Shown here piece by piece: positions 6,991 to 11,822 of a stretch of 11,822 nucleotides of DNA. The position numbers and the translations under genes are program-made. Where the stretch lies: the NCBI GenBank assembly GCA_041178085.1, contig JBEGVZ010000029.1, forward strand, positions 1-11,822, in the 5' to 3' direction. Under the pieces are notes generated by a model. It worked only from the letters and a program-made list of their open reading frames with translations, was not told the DNA's origin and made no database searches. Position 1 is the stretch's first letter. Every line of letters begins with the position of its first letter. Origin of the DNA: Pseudomonadota bacterium. Lineage in GTDB: Bacteria > Bdellovibrionota_B > Oligoflexia > Oligoflexales > RGVZ01.

Positions 6991-8007
6991 GTGAACCGCG
7001 ATGCTGCCAGCGCGGTTATTGCCGGCGCTTTTGAATCCACAACGCTGTCCTCAGACGAGGCAGCGTTTTTTTCTTCCGAGGCCACTGCCGGGGTCACCCT
7101 GTTCCGGCGCAACATTCCCCAGGACCAGACTTGCTACAGCGCAACTGTAGCCATGCTGAATAAGCTGCAGGCCTTGCGTCCTGCCGGGGATCCACCCCTC
7201 TTGATTGCGATCGACCAGGAAGGTGGACGCGTGGCCCGCATGCCGCGTGCTTTTTTCCCGGACCTGGGGCCGGCGCAGCGCATTGGACAGGGGCAGGCGG
7301 ATCCTTCGGCACTGGCCGTCCTGGAGGCCTATGGAATGGAAGTTGGCAATGCCCTGCGCAAGGCCGCAATCAACGTCAACTTTGCGCCCGTTCTGGATAT
7401 CCTGACCGAGCCCACCAACACTGCCATTGGCGACCGTGTTTTTGGCACCGATCCTGAGTCAGTCTGTCGTCGCGCCGGGGCGTACCTTGAAGGATTGCAG
7501 TCCACTGGAGTTTTGGGCTGCCTGAAACATTTTCCTGGCCAGGGCGATGCGAAAGTCGACACCCATCTGGGCAGTGCGGTGATCGACCTGCCGCGCGGCC
7601 TGCTCGACAAGCGTGAGTTCATCCCCTTTCGGGGCATGGTCCACCGTGTCCAAATGGTGATGATCTCCCACTGCATTTATCCCCAGCTTTCCCGCAAGGA
7701 GGCCAGTCGCTCCCCGGAGATCATCGGGGAATTGCTGCGCCAAGAAATGGGTTTTGAAGGTGTTGTGGTCAGCGATGACATGACCATGGGGGCGATTCCT
7801 CAAGACGAAAAGGCCTGGCAGCAAGCTCTGATCGAATCGATCCTGGCCGGAGCCGACCTGCTACTGATTTGCCGGCATGTGGAACGCTGTCGCATGGCAA
7901 TTTCAGCTCTCCGTTCCGAAGCCGCCCGCAGCCCAGCCTTCAAGGTGGCTCTGGAGGCCGCCGCCGGCCGGGTCCTGGCAATGCGGACCAGGCTGACAAT
8001 CCCCTGA
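6991..8007 (+). CDS. nagZ: Beta-N-acetylhexosaminidase NagZ (glycoside hydrolase family 3)
   Basis: GVTLFRRN, IAIDQEGGRVAR, NFAPVLD, IGDRVF, KHFPGQGxxxxDTH, SDDMTMGA; single-domain length of 338 aa; GTG start 5 nt after the khpA stop. Confidence 0.9.
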   Translation: MNRDAASAVIAGAFESTTLSSDEAAFFSSEATAGVTLFRRNIPQDQTCYSATVAMLNKLQALRPAGDPPLLIAIDQEGGRVARMPRAFFPDLGPAQRIGQGQADPSALAVLEAYGMEVGNALRKAAINVNFAPVLDILTEPTNTAIGDRVFGTDPESVCRRAGAYLEGLQSTGVLGCLKHFPGQGDAKVDTHLGSAVIDLPRGLLDKREFIPFRGMVHRVQMVMISHCIYPQLSRKEASRSPEIIGELLRQEMGFEGVVVSDDMTMGAIPQDEKAWQQALIESILAGADLLLICRHVERCRMAISALRSEAARSPAFKVALEAAAGRVLAMRTRLTIP

Positions 8008-8013
8008 GAGTGC

Positions 8014-8076
8014 TATTTTATGGTATTTTATGAATTTTTAATAAAATACATTGAAATAATTAAAACTTGATAGTAT
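8014..8076 (+). promoter_or_regulatory. AT-rich promoter/operator region of the downstream lipoprotein gene
   Basis: TATTTTATG twice at 10-nt period (8014, 8024); inverted repeat GTATTTTAT-N9-ATAAAATAC (8023-8049); extended -10-like TG-A-TAGTAT (8068-8076). Confidence 0.55.
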
Positions 8077-8172
8077 GTATGAGTTGATGGGGTAGCCCCC
8101 CGTCACGTGTGACCTTTTGATGTTGTTGTTGGGTTTTCTGTGGAACTGAACTGAGTTGAAGGAGGGCCTTTG

Positions 8173-8808
8173 ATGAGCCTCTCACCCTATCCGAAACCAA
8201 TTAAAATCAGTGCCTTGCGCCTTGGTGTGGTCCTTTCGGCCATACTCGCGTCGTGCGGTCAGGCAGACTTCAAGGGCGGCGCCCCCGCCAAACCCGTTCC
8301 TCAGCGGGAGCAGGTTCGTGAAACGACGCCTCCGATTCCGCCCCAGGGTCCAGTGGGAGATCAGATCACGGAGACCGAAGTTCATTTCGGCGACGACAAG
8401 ATTTTTCACATCGGGGACAACAATTATCCCGGCAGTTCCTGCAAAGGCGAAATCGACACCTACAAGATCAACGGGAACCGTTACTTCTTTGAATTCGAAG
8501 TTACAGAACCCGATACGATCGTTGATATCGCGGTAAACAAGATTTGTGGCGTTGACTACGCACGTTCCAACGTTGCAATGCTTGCCGCCAATGGCAGGAC
8601 TTTCCAGGCCCAGCCGCTGGCGGTTCAAGGCGGGAATCTGCAGTTGTCTGGAGTCAGGCTGCAGCGGCCGGGCAAGTACGCGCTGGTCATCGAATCACGG
8701 CGTGACTTCGCCCATATCCGACAGGGCGACAACGACGACTTCCTGGTCGGTCAGATTGCCATCAAGGCGTCTAAACGAATCGTGGGTGGAGTCGTAAGGA
8801 CTGAGTGA
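8173..8808 (+). CDS. Hypothetical lipoprotein (Pro-rich tether plus beta-rich domain)
   Basis: GGAGG SD at 8161-8165; lipobox LASC (Cys codon 8254); Pro-rich linker; two further Cys; alternating beta-strand patterns. Confidence 0.85.
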   Translation: MSLSPYPKPIKISALRLGVVLSAILASCGQADFKGGAPAKPVPQREQVRETTPPIPPQGPVGDQITETEVHFGDDKIFHIGDNNYPGSSCKGEIDTYKINGNRYFFEFEVTEPDTIVDIAVNKICGVDYARSNVAMLAANGRTFQAQPLAVQGGNLQLSGVRLQRPGKYALVIESRRDFAHIRQGDNDDFLVGQIAIKASKRIVGGVVRTE

Positions 8809-8832
8809 ACGGCTTCAAGGCCGTCACTCAGT
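8800..8832. terminator. Hairpin between convergent genes, probable bidirectional terminator
   Basis: ACTGAGTGA-(A)-CGGC-TTCAAG-GCCG-TCACTCAGT: 13-bp stem with one bulge; U tracts weak. Confidence 0.55.
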
Positions 8833-9400
8833 TGTTGCAACTCTGCAGCGCGGTGCCACCAGAGAAATTGTGATTGTAGAGATTTTTGTTCTCGTCGATT
8901 TGCCATGAATCCTGATTCCCCGCGCAGCCGGGGAACACCCGCCGGGTCGTTACTCCACCAGCGTCCAGTTCGACTGCCGTAGCAGTGAACTGGTTTTGGT
9001 TCCCCAGGTTCCTGTAAGCATAACGGACTTTCTTGCAGTCAGTGACTCGGAAACCAATGTCGTTGGTCGTATTGCAGGTGTTGACTGCCCCCCAGACGGT
9101 TGCTCCGGAACCACATGAGCTGTGGGCAGCAATTCCGCCTGCGCGATTTTGTCCCTGGCTCAAGCAGCTAAAGTTGGAAAACGTATCGTTATCCCCGTTG
9201 TAGGAGACTTGGAGTGTGTAAATGTGCGAAAGGTTTGAACGTGCTTCAGCCTGCCGGGATTTGGATTGAAATTGCTGGAAACGCGGAATGGCCAGCGAGG
9301 CCAAAATGCCGATGATCGCCACAACGATCATCAGTTCGACAAGGCTGAAACCAGCATGCCGCAGACTGTGAGACTGAGCGATCCACCGGAAACTGTTCAT
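8828..9400 (-). CDS. Type IVa pilin (PilA-like, prepilin N-methylation motif)
   Basis: G|FSLVELMIVVAIIGILASLAIP (Gly-1, Phe1, Glu5) followed by KSRQAEARSNL; C-terminal DSWQIDENK; SD GAGGTG. Confidence 0.93.
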   Translation of the reverse strand: MNSFRWIAQSHSLRHAGFSLVELMIVVAIIGILASLAIPRFQQFQSKSRQAEARSNLSHIYTLQVSYNGDNDTFSNFSCLSQGQNRAGGIAAHSSCGSGATVWGAVNTCNTTNDIGFRVTDCKKVRYAYRNLGNQNQFTATAVELDAGGVTTRRVFPGCAGNQDSWQIDENKNLYNHNFSGGTALQSCNN

Positions 9401-9491
9401 AAATCACCTCTTTGAAGTGGAACGGTCGGGAGTTTGATGCTCTTTAGGTCCAGATACCGCAACACTGTACAAGACTGATTTTACGACGATT

Positions 9492-10436
9492 TTATTGGCT
9501 GTCATAGGCATTAACCGGGATGATTTCAAAGTTCTTGAGGAAGCGTCGGATGCCGTCACTCCGCAGGTCCACCAGATGGGTCGATACCTTGACCCGGTTG
9601 GAGCGGATTCCCTGAGCCTGGTAAGCCCCTAGTGCCGCAACTGCGATGATGCGGCCTGATTCCGGTAACAGTGCGGGGCCACCGCTGTCGCCTTCTCCAG
9701 CGGCGCCAAATTCGCTCACGGCAGTGATGTCACCGGTTTCTTCGACGTCGAATTCAGCTGCAACTTTGATAAATCCGTCGGCAGCAGGAGCCGCGGTGTC
9801 CCAGGGGATCACCGCTGCACGTTTGCCATTCAATTCCCCATGAACCAATCCACCTGCTGGCTTCGAACGGAAGGATTCCGCGCGGCGTGTGCCCAGCCAA
9901 AAGCTCCCGGTTATTTTGAGCATGTTGTCGCCGTAACCGACGATCAGCAATTGTCCCGAAGATGCTAACTGCTCAGGGTCAGCAATTGTGGCGTGCTGCA
10001 TGTTCAAGAGTTTTTCATCAAACCAGACCAGCGCAATGTCGTGGGCCGCGGTGTTCTGGTCGCCGCAGCGATAGGCCGGATGCCGCTCGATCCGACGGGC
10101 GACAACGTCCTGCATTTTTTCCCGGTCCTTGTAAACGTGCCGCTCACCCCGGCAGACACAATGGGCAGCAGTCAACGCCACCGCCGGGCGCACGAAAGTC
10201 ATGGTGCAAACTGAATGAAGCGAAAAACCGCCCCAAGACTCCCGCTTGAAGGTATCGAGGCGCCGGACTGCCGGATACTGGTCGTCGCGAACTTCCTGTC
10301 CACCAATCACCTTGAGGGAACTGGCTCCACCGCCCTGCGATTCGCCGTCCGCGCGTCGCAGAGGCATGCAGCCGGTGGCTGCCAGTGCGAGCACTGCGAT
10401 CCCCCAGGTCAATAAACTGGTGTTAAATATTTTCAT
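9492..10436 (-). CDS. Lipidated S1-family (chymotrypsin-fold) serine protease
   Basis: Signal peptide ending ATGC; propeptide ending LK|VIGG; triad motifs LTAAHC, HDIALV, GDSGGP. Confidence 0.9.
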   Translation of the reverse strand: MKIFNTSLLTWGIAVLALAATGCMPLRRADGESQGGGASSLKVIGGQEVRDDQYPAVRRLDTFKRESWGGFSLHSVCTMTFVRPAVALTAAHCVCRGERHVYKDREKMQDVVARRIERHPAYRCGDQNTAAHDIALVWFDEKLLNMQHATIADPEQLASSGQLLIVGYGDNMLKITGSFWLGTRRAESFRSKPAGGLVHGELNGKRAAVIPWDTAAPAADGFIKVAAEFDVEETGDITAVSEFGAAGEGDSGGPALLPESGRIIAVAALGAYQAQGIRSNRVKVSTHLVDLRSDGIRRFLKNFEIIPVNAYDSQ

Positions 10437-10479
10437 GCCGTTTAAGGCAGAGGCTTTGCTGGGTGGAAATGAATTGGAC

Positions 10480-10884
10480 TCATGAATTGGCAGTTTCCGC
10501 CCGCATCACTTGTTGATTCAAGGTCCAGAAATCGTACAGGTACCCGATCACGAACAAGCCGCCAGTGAGCAACCAAACCACCGCTTTCAGCCAGTTTCTC
10601 AGGTAGAAATGATGCAGGCCCAAGACGCCGCCGAAGGTCAGCAATATCCACGCGATGTTGTAGTCGTAACGACCTTTGGCCGGGAATTTTTCGTTGGCAG
10701 TCTCGATCATGCCTGGAATCAGAAACAGATCGACCAACCATCCAATGCCCAGCAGTCCAAAAGTGAAAAACCAGATGGTTCCAGTCACGGGACGGCCCGC
10801 GTAAAAGCGATGTGAACCAAGAAATCCAAGCAGCCACAAGATGTAGGCAATCAAGACACTGTGCTGGCCGGAAGCGGGTACCAT
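10480..10884 (-). CDS. Tandem TM2-domain (NINE) membrane protein
   Basis: IAYILWLLGFLGSHRFYAG...GLLGIGWLVDLFLIP and IAWILLTFGGVLGLHHFYL...TGGLFVIGYLYDF; SD GAGG. Confidence 0.92.
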   Translation of the reverse strand: MVPASGQHSVLIAYILWLLGFLGSHRFYAGRPVTGTIWFFTFGLLGIGWLVDLFLIPGMIETANEKFPAKGRYDYNIAWILLTFGGVLGLHHFYLRNWLKAVVWLLTGGLFVIGYLYDFWTLNQQVMRAETANS

Positions 10885-10898
10885 TTAAAAACCTCAAA

Positions 10899-11657
10899 TC
10901 AGTTGTCTTGCCCGTTGAAATTCAGCTCCGTTCCGGCGCCTCCGCCGGGACATTCAGCGATGTTGCATGAAAAAATCACCATGCTGTCATCGCGGTTGTC
11001 CCATTCGCGCGAACCGCAGGAAAACGGGACATTGCCGCACCAGTTGCTTGACAGGAATTCGTGATCAAAACCCCCCAGGTAAACGGTAGCTGGGTTGGCG
11101 GACATTTTGGCCCAACCAAGGAAGTCTTGCCAGTCAGGTGCTCTCGATGGAGCAGAGTGGGAAGCGATCACCGGGTCATTCCATGCGGCCAGGTCCTGCG
11201 AGATACCGCCTGCATCAATGATCAAATCAACCTGGTTCTTGTCTCCGCAGACGCAAGTCGCGGGGACGGTCACTTTGCTTTTTCCAGCACCAGAGTTGTA
11301 TGACAGGACTTTCACAGGTTGCTCGCCTGACCTTTGGAAGCTGTAAGTGTACGTGCCCGTCCATTTGCTGTTGTCATCTGACTCGTGCGAATCGTATGCG
11401 ATGGTGAGTGAGCACTTGGGTGCGTCCGGGTTCGGCGTGGTGCCCGGTCGAGGGTCGGTGCCGGATGTGCTCCCACCGGTGGATGCGCCGCTCGTGCTGT
11501 TGCGCAGGCCGGGGGCAGTTCCCGGTTGTCTTACCGTTTGCCCACTGCCTTTGAAGCTGTTTTGTTGGCAGGACGATGGCACCAAAGCCAGCACGGCAGC
11601 CGTGACCAGTCCCAGCATCGTACTTGTGATTTTTTTGTTTTGGATGAAAGTATTCAT
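10899..11657 (-). CDS. Hypothetical lipoprotein (G/S/T/P tether plus Cys-rich beta domain)
   Basis: Basic n-region, hydrophobic h-region, slightly atypical lipobox VPSSC (Cys30); low-complexity linker; seven further Cys. Confidence 0.82.
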   Translation of the reverse strand: MNTFIQNKKITSTMLGLVTAAVLALVPSSCQQNSFKGSGQTVRQPGTAPGLRNSTSGASTGGSTSGTDPRPGTTPNPDAPKCSLTIAYDSHESDDNSKWTGTYTYSFQRSGEQPVKVLSYNSGAGKSKVTVPATCVCGDKNQVDLIIDAGGISQDLAAWNDPVIASHSAPSRAPDWQDFLGWAKMSANPATVYLGGFDHEFLSSNWCGNVPFSCGSREWDNRDDSMVIFSCNIAECPGGGAGTELNFNGQDN

Positions 11658-11721
11658 ACTTCAATGATAGCGGATCCCATTCTTGAAATCAGGGCGTCGG
11701 AACACTGACACGGGAACGCGG

Positions 11722-11775
11722 ATTTAATTCAAATGGTTAGAAGACACCTTAGTTCCATTTAATTCAGCTAGTTGG
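11722..11775. repeat. Imperfect 19-nt direct repeat, IHF-like
   Basis: ATTTAATTCAAATGGTTAG (11722-11740) and ATTTAATTCAGCTAGTTGG (11757-11775); 15/19 identical, 35-nt period. Confidence 0.6.
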
Positions 11776-11795
11776 GTTGTTCACTAGAGCTTGCT

Positions 11796-11822
11796 TCAAG
11801 TCATCCCCCTGCCGGTCGAAAC
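11796..11822 (+). promoter_or_regulatory. Possible sigma28-like promoter pointing out of the window
   Basis: TCAAG-N14-GTCGAAAC at the window edge; the target gene is not visible. Confidence 0.3.

Noticed and set aside
9401..9491. Sigma54 or sigma28 promoter for the pilin gene
   Set aside because: TTGTACAGTGTTGC lacks the invariant GG at the correct spacing; TAAAG...CCGAC has too short a spacer.
10469..10490. Short direct repeat ATGAATTGG twice around the TM2 stop codon
   Set aside because: Only 9 nt, no element between the copies; not enough to call a target-site duplication.
109..11708. Numerous overlapping alternative-frame and antisense ORFs in the track (e.g. 1644..2174 -, 6213..6635 +, 10442..10897 -)
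   Set aside because: They shadow well-supported genes, lack SD sites and motifs, and are expected in GC-rich DNA.

Overview
Bacterial chromosomal window, moderately GC-rich, with no mobile element, CRISPR array or recognisable rRNA/tRNA. The gene style (lipoproteins with low-complexity tethers, a lipidated S1 protease, a KxRQxEAxxNL-type pilin, sigma28- and sigma54-like promoters) suggests Bdellovibrionota/Oligoflexia or a related delta-proteobacteria-like lineage; this is inference only. Left to right: a large 5'-truncated hypothetical gene coupled to thymidine phosphorylase and hpt; a lipoprotein with a bulb-type (GNA) lectin domain behind a sigma28-like promoter; two small minus-strand genes behind a near-consensus sigma54 promoter; a divergent kinase-fold-like hypothetical gene; an SRPBCC/Coq10-RatA-like gene; khpA-nagZ; a lipoprotein; and a convergent minus-strand run of lipoprotein, TM2 protein, lipidated serine protease and type IV pilin. 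The best candidate for an undescribed system is the sigma54-driven pair of small proteins (4599-5348). They look like diverged paralogues, carry a motif resembling the ClpX-docking tail of alphaproteobacterial SspB, and are separated by an extremely U/G-skewed spacer that contains a poly-Cys micro-ORF. All motif calls were made by eye.
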